Numbered from the stretch's first letter, positions 47,610 to 56,854 are shown. The stretch is DNA of 64,000 bases from Candidatus Poribacteria bacterium (GCA_965208675.1 OZ242351.1:2816001-2880000); one strand, 5' to 3'. Translations and numbers: made by a program. The notes: generated by a model not told the origin, from the sequence alone.

Positions 47610-48782
47610 TTGAGACACAGGATTGCCGAATTTTTTGAATCGCGCCTCCCTTTAAGAGATGTAGTTAATCATCTCAACAAACCGCTCCCAAAGCATATCA
47701 ACTGGCTTTTCTCTTTGGGTAGTATGGCGACCTTTCTTCTGATTCTTCAAGCCGCTACGGGGGCGTTTTTGGCGCTCTATTATTCGCCCTCACCCGATCA
47801 CGCCTATAATTCGGTGAACTACATCAGTCACGAAGTCCCCTTCGGCGCTTTTGTCCGAGGCCTACACCACTGGGGCTCCAGTGCATTGGTGATTGTCGTG
47901 TTCTTGCATCTCCTGCGGGTCGTACTTTACGGTTCCTACAAAGCCCCAAGGGAACTGACGTGGATGGTCGGTGTTATTCTTTTTTTGGTCGTGTTGGGAT
48001 TTGGTTTTACAGGCTATCTGCTGCCGTGGGACCAAAAGGCGTACTGGGCAACGGTGGTCGGTGTGGAGATTGCAGGCACAGTACCGTTAGTAGGAGACTT
48101 CATCGCAAAAATTCTTCGCGGCGGCGCCGAAGTCGGGGCAGTCACCCTGACACGATTTTACACCCTGCATACCATCTGGCTGCCGTGGCTCGTTTTTGCG
48201 CTCGTCGGGCTCCATCTGTTTTTCGTGCGCTATTACGGCTCTGCCGGACTGCCCGAAAACAAACCCGTAGAAATGCAGGGCGGCAAACCATTCTATCCGG
48301 ATCAAATCTTTGAAGATGCTGTCGCCATTTTGGTGCTGTTCATTTTGCTTGCCGCGGCTGCGATTTTTATTCCAGTACCGCTCGAAGAACTCGCCGATCC
48401 GACCGACGCTAGCTACGATCCGCGTCCGGAATGGTATTTCCTGTCGCTGTTTCAATTGCTCAAATATTTCGAGGGGCCGCTGGAAGTAATCGGCACTTTC
48501 GTGATTCCCACAGCTACCATCGTCCTCCTTCTTCTCCTGCCCTTTTTGGATAAGCGCGAGCGAGTACCCCTGCGAAAACGACCGGTTGCACTTGCTGTCA
48601 CCAGCCTATCCGTACTTGCCATCGTCGCACTCACCATCCTCGGTGGACGTTCCCCAAAGCTGGAAACTTCTGATGAGCCTCCCCTTGAACAAGCTGGAAC
48701 CCCGCCCAGTGGCTCAAATCAGAGCGAAGATACGACTCCCGAGGAAGATTCAGACGACACCCCAGTATTCGATTTCAATTGA
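47610..48782 (+). CDS. Cytochrome b (unsplit) of a Rieske/cytochrome b complex
   Basis: 'RGLHHW', 'LHLLR', 'GFTGYLLPWDQKAYW', 'RFY.LH' and PEWY, then an acidic tail with no CxxCH. Confidence 0.93.
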   Translation: MRHRIAEFFESRLPLRDVVNHLNKPLPKHINWLFSLGSMATFLLILQAATGAFLALYYSPSPDHAYNSVNYISHEVPFGAFVRGLHHWGSSALVIVVFLHLLRVVLYGSYKAPRELTWMVGVILFLVVLGFGFTGYLLPWDQKAYWATVVGVEIAGTVPLVGDFIAKILRGGAEVGAVTLTRFYTLHTIWLPWLVFALVGLHLFFVRYYGSAGLPENKPVEMQGGKPFYPDQIFEDAVAILVLFILLAAAAIFIPVPLEELADPTDASYDPRPEWYFLSLFQLLKYFEGPLEVIGTFVIPTATIVLLLLLPFLDKRERVPLRKRPVALAVTSLSVLAIVALTILGGRSPKLETSDEPPLEQAGTPPSGSNQSEDTTPEEDSDDTPVFDFN

Positions 48783-48823
48783 CGCTTTGCCCTCCCACAA
48801 CTCCCAATCACTATTGTCTTTTT

Positions 48824-48948
48824 TCCTGAAAATCCTGATTCAGACAAATTAAACTCCCAACATCACAATTCACAATCAACACCCGCCTCTAATCCTGCAA
48901 ATCACTGAATCACATAAATCACAGTTCAGACAATGCGAGTCCCAACAC
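48824..48948 (+). repeat. Short AATC-core tandem repeats ending in TTCAGACAA (two modules)
   Basis: TCCTGAAAATCCTGATTCAGACAA and AATCCTGCA-AATCACTG-AATCACATA-AATCACAGTTCAGACAA, each followed by TCCCAACA. Confidence 0.6.
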
Positions 48949-48955
48949 AATTTGC

Positions 48956-48984
48956 TTGCGCCAACTGTGGCTGTATGCTAAAAT
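48956..48984 (+). promoter_or_regulatory. Sigma70 promoter for yebC-ruvCAB
   Basis: TTGCGC-N17-TAAAAT with an extended -10 TG. Confidence 0.55.
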
Positions 48985-49019
48985 AGTTTTGACTCAACAA
49001 ACAATAAAGGAAAAATCAA

Positions 49020-49766
49020 ATGTCTGGTCACTCTAAATGGGCGCAAATCAAACACCGTAAAGCCGCAGTTGATTCCAAGCGCGGCAAACTTTTCTCTAGA
49101 CTCATTAAGGAAATCACCGTTGCAGCGCGTCTTGACGGCGCCGATATTGACATGAATCCCCGCTTGAGGACTGCGGTGGCAACCGCGAAATCAAACAATG
49201 TACCGAACGACAACATTGAAAAGGCAATTCTGCGCGGAACCGGCGAACTCGAAGGCATTGATTACGAAGAGGTAACATATGAGGGATACGGCCCCGATGG
49301 CGTCGCAATTATGATTGAAGTCTTAACCGACAATAAAAATCGGGCAATTGCCGCTGTGAGACACATTTTAAACAAACACGGCGGAAGTATCGGGGAGCGG
49401 GGTTGTGTATCTTGGCTTTTTGACAAGCGCGGGCTAATCGTTGTCGCAAAACAAAGCGTTGATGAAGATGAACTTTTCATGCTCGCCCTCGATTCCGGCG
49501 CGGATGACCTCATACCTTCAGATGACCAGATTGAGGTTGTTTCTTCCGTTGAACAATTCGATCAGGTGCGATCGGCAGTGGAAGAATCCGGGGCGGCAAT
49601 TCTTGCAGCCGAGTTCAGCATGATTCCTCAGACTACCGTGAAATTAGAAGGCAAAGCAGCAGAACGAATGCTGCGCTTGATGGAATCGCTCGAAGAAAAT
49701 GACGATGTTCAGAAAGTGCATGCGAACTTTGACATCCCCGATGAAATTTTGGAAGCGGCTGCCTAA
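49020..49766 (+). CDS. yebC: YebC/PmpR family protein
   Basis: 'MSGHSKWAQIKHRK', 'YEGYGP.G' and 'DDVQ.V..N'. Confidence 0.97.
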   Translation: MSGHSKWAQIKHRKAAVDSKRGKLFSRLIKEITVAARLDGADIDMNPRLRTAVATAKSNNVPNDNIEKAILRGTGELEGIDYEEVTYEGYGPDGVAIMIEVLTDNKNRAIAAVRHILNKHGGSIGERGCVSWLFDKRGLIVVAKQSVDEDELFMLALDSGADDLIPSDDQIEVVSSVEQFDQVRSAVEESGAAILAAEFSMIPQTTVKLEGKAAERMLRLMESLEENDDVQKVHANFDIPDEILEAAA

Positions 49767-50263
49767 TGGTTGTCCTCGGCATCGATCCGGGAATTGCAAA
49801 TACCGGCTACGGACTCATTGAAGCCGATAGAACCCCGCTCAGTCTCATCGACTTTGGTACCATCACGACGAGTTCTCAAACCGAATCCCCTCAACGCTTG
49901 AAATCCATCTACGACCGGCTTAACCGCCTCGCGTCTGAATATCACCCCGATTTTTTTGTTTTCGAAGATCTATTTTTTAGTAAGAACGTTAGCAGTGCGC
50001 TAGCAGTTGGCGAAGCTAGAGGCATCGCAAAATTGGTAGCCGCAAACATGAATCGTGAGGTATTCAGCTACACGCCTGCGCATGTGAAACAATCTGTTGT
50101 CGGATTTGGCAAAGCCAGCAAACGCCAGATTCAGGAAATGGTCAAAACCTTACTAAGATTGGATTCAATACCGCACCCGGATCACGCCGCAGATGCACTC
50201 GCCGTTGCGATTTGCCATGCTCGTTCCCACAAATTGCTGCAACTGCAAGAAAGGTTGAGTTGA
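49766..50263 (+). CDS. ruvC: Holliday junction resolvase
   Basis: 'LGIDPG...TGYG', 'E.LFF' and 'DHAADALAVAICH'. Confidence 0.96.
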   Translation: MVVLGIDPGIANTGYGLIEADRTPLSLIDFGTITTSSQTESPQRLKSIYDRLNRLASEYHPDFFVFEDLFFSKNVSSALAVGEARGIAKLVAANMNREVFSYTPAHVKQSVVGFGKASKRQIQEMVKTLLRLDSIPHPDHAADALAVAICHARSHKLLQLQERLS

Positions 50264-50871
50264 TGATTGCGTTTGTCAAGGGAATTTTGGAGTTTAGCGC
50301 CCCCCAACGAGCAGTCGTCGAAGTCAATGGCATCGGTTACAACATTGAAATTTCATTGAACGCGGCGGCAAAATTGCCAGAGATTGGATCGGAAGTCAAG
50401 TTTTACACCTACCATCACTGTCGAGAGAATGAAGTTAAACTATTTGGATTTACCTCAACAGATGAACTAAAAGTCTTTGAAATCGCCCTTACCGTAAAGG
50501 GTATCGGTCCGTCCCTTGCGCAAAATATTGTTTCTAGGCTTTCGCCTGTCGAATTTCAACGCGCCGTCCGCGAAGGCGACCATGAAACGTTGATGGCAGT
50601 GCCGCGGCTGAATGAAGAGATGGCGCAACTCATTATTATTAAGCTGAAAAACGCTATCGGCAAAATTCACTTTGATACAAAATCTGATGACGCCGTGCCG
50701 CAGCAGCGTGCAGAGGAAGGCGTTAAAGCGTTAGTCGGTCTGGGCGCTGCTGAAAACACCGCAGAATGGGCGATGGCGGAGGCTCAGAACGCATTGGGAA
50801 AAGCGGCAGAATTAGAAGATTTGATTCGGCTTGCGCTTCGATATATTTCTAAGAGTCCTTCAAGAATTTAA
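50263..50871 (+). CDS. ruvA: Holliday junction branch migration protein
   Basis: 'MIAFVKG', 'V.GIGY', 'LFGF' and HhH 'V.GIGP'. Start reassigned to 50263. Confidence 0.93.
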   Translation: MIAFVKGILEFSAPQRAVVEVNGIGYNIEISLNAAAKLPEIGSEVKFYTYHHCRENEVKLFGFTSTDELKVFEIALTVKGIGPSLAQNIVSRLSPVEFQRAVREGDHETLMAVPRLNEEMAQLIIIKLKNAIGKIHFDTKSDDAVPQQRAEEGVKALVGLGAAENTAEWAMAEAQNALGKAAELEDLIRLALRYISKSPSRI

Positions 50872-50942
50872 ACGAGTTGGGTACTCCGACAGTTTTAAGT
50901 TCGAGCGGGACAACCGTTGCCGCAGTTCGGTAAGAGTTGAAA

Positions 50943-51956
50943 ATGAGCAAACAGGTACAGGAATTGTTGGAGGCCTACGACGAAACCCAATATAGCCTTA
51001 GACCTCAAACTCTGAAGGAGTTTATCGGTCAAGAGACCATTAAAGAACGACTGCACATCCACATAAATGCAGCGAAACAGAGGAAACAGGCATTAGAGCA
51101 CATTCTCCTTGTTGGTCCTCCCGGACTCGGAAAAACAACGCTTGCAAAGATTATCTCGAACGAAATGGGCGGCGGCTTTAAGTCTGCGGTCGGTCCAACA
51201 ATGGAACGGCTTGACCTGGCAACAATCCTAACAAATCTTGAAGCGGGCGATATTTTATTTGTCGATGAAATCCATCGCATGAAGGGATATGTTCAGGAAT
51301 CTATGTATCCCGCAATGGAGGATTATAAGATTGATTTGCCAGTCGGACAGGGGCCTTCGGCGGATATCATTACGGTACCACTTTCCCGTTTCACGCTAGT
51401 AGGGGCGACGACGCGCGAGGGTCTGTTATCGGGACCTTTCCAAACTCGATTTGGTATCCGTATTCATCTCGGTTATTACACCGACGATGAAATTCAGATT
51501 GCTATCAACCAATACAGCAATCGGCTGCAACCCCCCGTCGAGATTGAGGAAGAGGCGGAACGCGAGCTTGCTTGCCGCTCACGCGGTACGATGCGAATCG
51601 CCAAAAACTTGCTGCTAAACGTACGGGATTATGCAACTGTGAAATCTACCGGCGTTATCACCCATGCAGTTGCACAGGAAGCTTTAGAATTCTTCAGTAT
51701 TGACGAACTCGGTTTGGACAAAGGCGATAGGGATTATTTGAGCACATTGATTGAAAAATTCAGCGGGCGTGCAGGGCTTAAGTCGCTAGCTGTCGCTGTC
51801 AGTGAAGATGAACGGACGATTGAGGAAGTGATCGAGCCTTATCTACTCAAAATCGGATTTCTGTCACTCACGCCGACTGGACGTGTAGCGGCGGACCAGG
51901 CTTATGCACATTTGGGTTTCCCCGCGCCGCAAAACTGCCAACCCACGTTTTTCTAG
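50943..51956 (+). CDS. ruvB: Holliday junction helicase
   Basis: 'LRP....FIGQ', 'GPPGLGKTT', 'DEIHR', 'GATTR' and 'EPYL'. Confidence 0.97.
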   Translation: MSKQVQELLEAYDETQYSLRPQTLKEFIGQETIKERLHIHINAAKQRKQALEHILLVGPPGLGKTTLAKIISNEMGGGFKSAVGPTMERLDLATILTNLEAGDILFVDEIHRMKGYVQESMYPAMEDYKIDLPVGQGPSADIITVPLSRFTLVGATTREGLLSGPFQTRFGIRIHLGYYTDDEIQIAINQYSNRLQPPVEIEEEAERELACRSRGTMRIAKNLLLNVRDYATVKSTGVITHAVAQEALEFFSIDELGLDKGDRDYLSTLIEKFSGRAGLKSLAVAVSEDERTIEEVIEPYLLKIGFLSLTPTGRVAADQAYAHLGFPAPQNCQPTFF

Positions 51957-52045
51957 GCGCTGTCTTCCTCATGAGACGTTGCAACCATCAATAACTCGCC
52001 TTTTATGCATAACATAATAAATTAACCAAAAAGGAAGGTTTTACG

Positions 52046-52255
52046 ATGTCATCGCCTGTCTATACTGCTGTTATTAAGAATGAAGGCAATTGGTGGATCG
52101 GTTGGGTTCAGGAAATTCCCGGTGTAAACTGTCAAGAAGCAACTCGAGAGGAGTTAATCAATACACTTCAAACTACACTGAGAGAGTTCATAGAGGACGA
52201 CCTTGCAGCTCTATCAGCGCTAGGTGGATACGAAAAAGTTCCTATTAAATTGTGA
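52046..52255 (+). CDS. hicB: HicB-like antitoxin (short, no DNA-binding domain)
   Basis: 'YTAVI..EG.WWIG...EIPGVNCQ..T.EEL'. Confidence 0.82.
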   Translation: MSSPVYTAVIKNEGNWWIGWVQEIPGVNCQEATREELINTLQTTLREFIEDDLAALSALGGYEKVPIKL

Positions 52256-52443
52256 CCTTACGTTCCCTAAAAAGACATCTAAAACAGAATGAATGTTACT
52301 TGTATAGAGAAGGAGCTAAACACTCAATATGGAAGAATAACTCCACAGGGCAACGGTCATCAGTGCCGCGGCACACCGAAATTACCAATACACTGGTAAG
52401 GAAAATATGTAAAGACTTAGGCATTCCTTCTCCGTTTCGATAA
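52252..52443 (+). CDS. hicA: HicA-family mRNA interferase toxin
   Basis: 'L..HL....C...REG.KHS', 'VPRH.EI...L.RKICKDL'. 4-bp overlap with hicB. Confidence 0.85.
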   Translation: MTLRSLKRHLKQNECYLYREGAKHSIWKNNSTGQRSSVPRHTEITNTLVRKICKDLGIPSPFR

Positions 52444-52592
52444 CTTTCATTCCCTAGCGGCTGATTAGCAAATCCGAGAATTCAGTTTAAGCCAAATGGT
52501 AGGTGCCCTTGGCAAACTGCGTTTTTCACCGCCTTCTAGGAAAGACTACTCATATTTACCGCTGACGCTGAATTGTGTAAGTCTTTAGAAAT

Positions 52593-53621
52593 ATGAAACT
52601 CGCCGATTACGACTATAATCTGCCCGATACGCTTATCCCGCAGTTTCCGCTGCAACGCAGAGATGCATCCCGCTTAATGGTCATCAATCGGCGAACACGG
52701 GAAATACGCCATGCGCAGTTCTCGCAAATTGGCGAGTTTCTACCTCCTCGGTCACTGCTCGTGCTCAACGACACCAAAGTCATTCCGGCGCGGCTGATTG
52801 GAGCAAAACTGCCGACAGGCGGTAAGATTGAACTACTTTTAATCCGTCCAAAAGGAGAAAAAATTTGGGAAGCGCTGGTTAGACCTAGCCGGCGCGTCAA
52901 CCGAGGTACCCGTTTAGTGTTTGGTCAGGGCGCTTTAAACGCCCAAATTCGCGAAAAAAATGAGGACGGTATTTGTGTCGTCCGTTTCACCTATGACGGC
53001 GATTTTCAGTCTATTCTCGCGCAAGTCGGCCAAGTACCTCTGCCGCCTTACATCAAACGTGAACCCGACGCGGAAGATCGAGACCGGTATCAATGTGTCT
53101 ACGCTTCGTCCGAAGGCGCTGTCGCCGCCCCTACAGCAGGGCTCCACTTCACACAAACCTTGCTGAATCAACTCAAGCGGCAGGGATTCGACTGGGTTAC
53201 GTTAACGCTCCACGTCGGGCTTGGCACGTTTCAACCGGTCAAAGTCGAGGACATTGAAAACCATAAATTGCATGAAGAGTATTTTGACATCTCTCAAACG
53301 TCTGCCGACCAACTCAATTCCATAATCGAGGAGGGGAGAAAGGTGGTAGCTGTCGGAACTACCTCGGTTCGAGCCCTCGAAGCAGTCGCTTCGGATGGGA
53401 GAATCCGCCCTTATCGCGGATTCACAGACATTTTTATTTATCCCGGCTATCAATTCAAAGCCGTTGACGCTTTGATTACCAACTTTCATCTGCCGCGCTC
53501 GACGCTGCTGATGCTTATCAGTGCGTTCGCTGACCGCGAATTTATTCTCGAAGCTTACCGGCTGGCTATCGCTCGGGAATATCGTTTCTATAGCTATGGT
53601 GATGCAATGCTAATACTTTAA
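52593..53621 (+). CDS. queA: SAM:tRNA ribosyltransferase-isomerase
   Basis: 'NDTKVIPARL', 'PLPPYI', 'AAPTAGLHF' and 'YRFYSYGDAM'. Confidence 0.97.
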   Translation: MKLADYDYNLPDTLIPQFPLQRRDASRLMVINRRTREIRHAQFSQIGEFLPPRSLLVLNDTKVIPARLIGAKLPTGGKIELLLIRPKGEKIWEALVRPSRRVNRGTRLVFGQGALNAQIREKNEDGICVVRFTYDGDFQSILAQVGQVPLPPYIKREPDAEDRDRYQCVYASSEGAVAAPTAGLHFTQTLLNQLKRQGFDWVTLTLHVGLGTFQPVKVEDIENHKLHEEYFDISQTSADQLNSIIEEGRKVVAVGTTSVRALEAVASDGRIRPYRGFTDIFIYPGYQFKAVDALITNFHLPRSTLLMLISAFADREFILEAYRLAIAREYRFYSYGDAMLIL

Positions 53622-53640
53622 ATCTAGAGGAGACTAAACT

Positions 53641-53913
53641 ATGGAAATGTTTTTTATGTTCATTCCGATGCTGGCAATTCTTTATTTCCTCATATGGCGT
53701 CCTGAACAGCTTAAACGGAAAAAACATCAAGCCATGTTAGATAATCTTGCAAAGGGAAATCTCGTCGTTACGACGGGAGGGTTACACGGGAAAGTCATCG
53801 GCGTTGACAAAGAAATTGTTGTGCTCGCAATTGCCGAGAACGTAAAGGTCGAGGTTTCACGCGGCTGTATTGCTTTCCTGAAGAAGGGCGGAGAGCTAAT
53901 CGAAGGTGAATAG
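53641..53913 (+). CDS. yajC: Preprotein translocase subunit YajC
   Basis: 'YFLI.RP', 'L.KG..V.T.GGLHG.V'. Confidence 0.92.
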   Translation: MEMFFMFIPMLAILYFLIWRPEQLKRKKHQAMLDNLAKGNLVVTTGGLHGKVIGVDKEIVVLAIAENVKVEVSRGCIAFLKKGGELIEGE

Positions 53914-53977
53914 GGGATAAACCGCCGATTCTGCAACGGTTGGCTCACTTTGAGAATTTGTGCAACAGCGTCAAGGT

Positions 53978-54814
53978 TTATCTGAAATCCTTCATTGAAC
54001 CCCACGTCACGGCAAGTTTCGCCGAAGGATGGACGGCAAATCCTTTAGACTTAAAATTCGCTAGGACTTCTCCTTTGTCCAACGCACGATTATAGATTGC
54101 AACTTCATCGACGGCGCCGTCCGCCCAGGCTCGATCCGCAAAGGTAAAAATCTTTTTGCCGAACGTCGCTCGTGTCCCATCACCGGTCTGGAACGGTTGT
54201 ACCTTCGCGTTGTCATACACCACATCATCGCCGTCGACATAGATTTTAAGTTCCGTCTTATTGTCGTAGGTCACGGTTACATGGTACCAACGGCCTACTT
54301 TTGCACCGAATTGCGATTCATGATCGTTACATACGCCCCACATTGTAATCTGGTTTGAATGCCAAGTTGTAATGCAAAACAACTCACCTTTACAAGCTTG
54401 ACCGGATTCGCCTTCCCACCCCCAACCAACGAGAACGTGAAACTGGTCGCTCTTTGTATTCCATTTGACCCAGGCGCTCAGTGTCCGCGGATCGGAACCG
54501 GATATTCCAATCTCCTCTATTGATTGCGCATAGTCGCCGTCGCCGTCAAACTCCAATGCACTACCCAGTTTCCCTTTGACAACCTTTGGATCACTTCTTC
54601 CGCCAGCTAACAACGGCGGTGATTTGCCGCGTATAATTTCCACATCGTTTTTGCCGACAAGGTCTGGGACGATGTCCTTGTCAATCTTATCAAATGACCA
54701 GTAGTGAACTAACCCCTTTTCAATCACTTGACCGTCCGCCGTGCTAGTGAACGCCGCCGCAGCCGCGGCAACCGCTATAAAATAAACCAACCGCACAATT
54801 TTGTCTGAAATCAT
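53978..54814 (-). CDS. Secreted LamG/concanavalin A-like domain protein with short C-terminal tail motif
   Basis: True start MISDKIV at 54814, signal peptide, 'LVHYWSFD', 'ALEFDG', 'W.HV..TYD', 'DEVAIYNRAL'. Ends 'AVHPSAKLAVTWGSMK'. Confidence 0.88.
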   Translation of the reverse strand: MISDKIVRLVYFIAVAAAAAAFTSTADGQVIEKGLVHYWSFDKIDKDIVPDLVGKNDVEIIRGKSPPLLAGGRSDPKVVKGKLGSALEFDGDGDYAQSIEEIGISGSDPRTLSAWVKWNTKSDQFHVLVGWGWEGESGQACKGELFCITTWHSNQITMWGVCNDHESQFGAKVGRWYHVTVTYDNKTELKIYVDGDDVVYDNAKVQPFQTGDGTRATFGKKIFTFADRAWADGAVDEVAIYNRALDKGEVLANFKSKGFAVHPSAKLAVTWGSMKDFR

Positions 54815-54958
54815 CCGTATCCGTCCTTTCTTTATCTTGGGTGTGGCGGATTGCTCGCAATTTCGCTCACGCTTTAAGTAACTACGTTCTCGCGCAAGCG
54901 TTAGGATTATCATAGCACAATCGGCATCCAAAGACAACATCAGTGAAAGGAGACAACG

Positions 54959-55711
54959 ATGAATCTGACGGGCAAAGTGGCAATTGTTACCGGGGGTGCC
55001 CAGGGGCTTGGACGGGCAACCGTGGAAGCCTTTGCCGCAGCGGACGCACTCGGCGTCATCATCGCCGACTTGCAAGCTGACCAAGCGGAGGCAACTGCCC
55101 AAGAAATTATGCATGCTCAAAAAGGGCAAGTGGTAGCGCTGCCAACTGATGTGTGCAATCCCTCGCAGGTCGAGGCAATGGTTCAGGCTGCGACGAGTCG
55201 TTTCGGTCGAATTGACATCTTGGTCAACAACGCCGGCATGTGTCCAATTGCGGACTGGGACAGCGTAACGCTTGAAGACTGGAATCGAATCCTGGCAGTC
55301 AATGTGACCGGTATGTTTCTCTGCACAAAGGCAGTCATTCCTCACATGAAGGTACAGAAATACGGGCGCATCGTCTATGTGTCCTCGCCCGCGGGCCGCG
55401 TCGGCAGTATTATCGCGAACGTTGCCTACGGCGTGAGCAAAGGCGGCTGCTTGGCATTGATGAAATCGGTGGCGAAGGGCTTCGCAATGCACGGTATCTT
55501 GGCAAACGCCATCCTTCCGGGTCCGATAGATACACCGCTCTCGCGCTCTTTCGGGCAGGACTTTTGGGATTCGCAGGAGGAACGCCCCCTACTCAAGCGT
55601 CACGCTTCGGCGAAGGAGGTGGCTGACGCCGTGTTGTTCTTGGTCTCTGATCGCAGCACCTATATCACGGGTCATGAACTGTGGGTAGACGGAGGTTGGA
55701 GTCTGGGATAG
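54959..55711 (+). CDS. Short-chain dehydrogenase/reductase
   Basis: TGGAQGLG, NNAG and YGVSK motifs. Confidence 0.93.
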   Translation: MNLTGKVAIVTGGAQGLGRATVEAFAAADALGVIIADLQADQAEATAQEIMHAQKGQVVALPTDVCNPSQVEAMVQAATSRFGRIDILVNNAGMCPIADWDSVTLEDWNRILAVNVTGMFLCTKAVIPHMKVQKYGRIVYVSSPAGRVGSIIANVAYGVSKGGCLALMKSVAKGFAMHGILANAILPGPIDTPLSRSFGQDFWDSQEERPLLKRHASAKEVADAVLFLVSDRSTYITGHELWVDGGWSLG

Positions 55712-55804
55712 CGGTTCGCTCCGCATAAACGGACACCGTAAAAATTCGCCGCGGCAGGTCTCTACGGGAAGGTGGCTAAAACAGCAAACTGATACATTAT
55801 TTTC

Positions 55805-55834
55805 TTGACGAGATTTTTGTCAACGTGATATTAT
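55805..55834 (+). promoter_or_regulatory. Sigma70 promoter of the Gld-like ABC operon, overlapped by a TTGAC-N9-GTCAA palindrome
   Basis: TTGACG-N18-TATTAT with an extended TG. Inverted repeat at 55805-55823. Confidence 0.5.
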
Positions 55835-55897
55835 TTTTTGTCGTTTCGTCATTAAACTTCGGTTCTCGCAAATCCATAATCGAGGTGATAAACCTAT

Positions 55898-56854
55898 ATG
55901 ATTCAAGTCAAAAATCTGACAAAACGCTACGGCGCAACCGTCGCTGTAAACGATGTTTCTTTCGATGCAAAAGCTGGCGAAGTATTGGGCTTCCTTGGCC
56001 CAAACGGCGCTGGTAAAACCACAACCATGCGTATCTTGACCTGTTATCTTTCGGCAGATGCAGGTACAGCTAAAGTCGCCGGATACGATGTCTTTGAGGA
56101 GTCCATCGAAGTCCGAAAGCAGATTGGCTATCTGCCCGAAAGCGCGCCGCTCTACACCGATATGGGCGTCCTTGATTATCTCAACTTTATCGCGCAAATC
56201 CGTAACATTCCAAAGAGTCAGCGAAAAGAACGGATTAGAGAGGTCATTGACATTTGCGGGCTTGAAAAAGTTATCCAAAAAGATGTCGGGGAACTCTCTA
56301 AAGGCTACCGTCAACGCCTCGGCTTGTCACAAGCCCTCATCCACGCCCCATCAATACTCATCCTAGACGAAGCCACCTCTGGACTCGACCCCAGCCAAAT
56401 CATAGAAATTCGCAATCTGATTAAAGAAATCGGCAAAGAGAAGATGATTATTTTCAGTTCGCATATCTTGCCGGAGGTCTCAGCGACATGCAGCCGTATT
56501 TTGATTATCAATGAAGGGCGCCTTGTAGCTAACGGCACGCCGGAGGAATTAGCTGGGCGTGCAAAAGGACAGGAAGTTGTCCATATCTCGATTCGCGGCC
56601 CCCGTGAGGAGGTTGAGGCAAAACTCAATGACCTAAGTTTTGTATCCGACTACAAGTGCGTGCAATCCGACGACGCAATTCTCGGATACCGGATATCGTC
56701 TCAGCAAGGCAATAACGCAGCAGAGGAAATCTTTCAGTTTGTCGTCGATAATCACTGGAGCCTAACTGAGTTACGTCAAGAAACGGTTAGTCTGGAGGAT
56801 GTGTTCTTGCAGTTAACTGGCAGCGAATCGGCGAATGATGTAAGTAATGGATAA
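55898..56854 (+). CDS. ABC transporter ATPase, GldA-like
   Basis: GPNGAGKTT, 'LSKGYRQR.GL.QALIH.P..LILDE' and 'SSHIL.EV.ATC'. Confidence 0.92.
   Translation: MIQVKNLTKRYGATVAVNDVSFDAKAGEVLGFLGPNGAGKTTTMRILTCYLSADAGTAKVAGYDVFEESIEVRKQIGYLPESAPLYTDMGVLDYLNFIAQIRNIPKSQRKERIREVIDICGLEKVIQKDVGELSKGYRQRLGLSQALIHAPSILILDEATSGLDPSQIIEIRNLIKEIGKEKMIIFSSHILPEVSATCSRILIINEGRLVANGTPEELAGRAKGQEVVHISIRGPREEVEAKLNDLSFVSDYKCVQSDDAILGYRISSQQGNNAAEEIFQFVVDNHWSLTELRQETVSLEDVFLQLTGSESANDVSNG

Noticed and set aside
53978-55492. 504-aa ORF as a long fusion protein
   Set aside because: The N-terminal 226 aa are mostly the antisense shadow of the SDR gene plus intergenic DNA. The signal peptide and LamG domain start at 54814.
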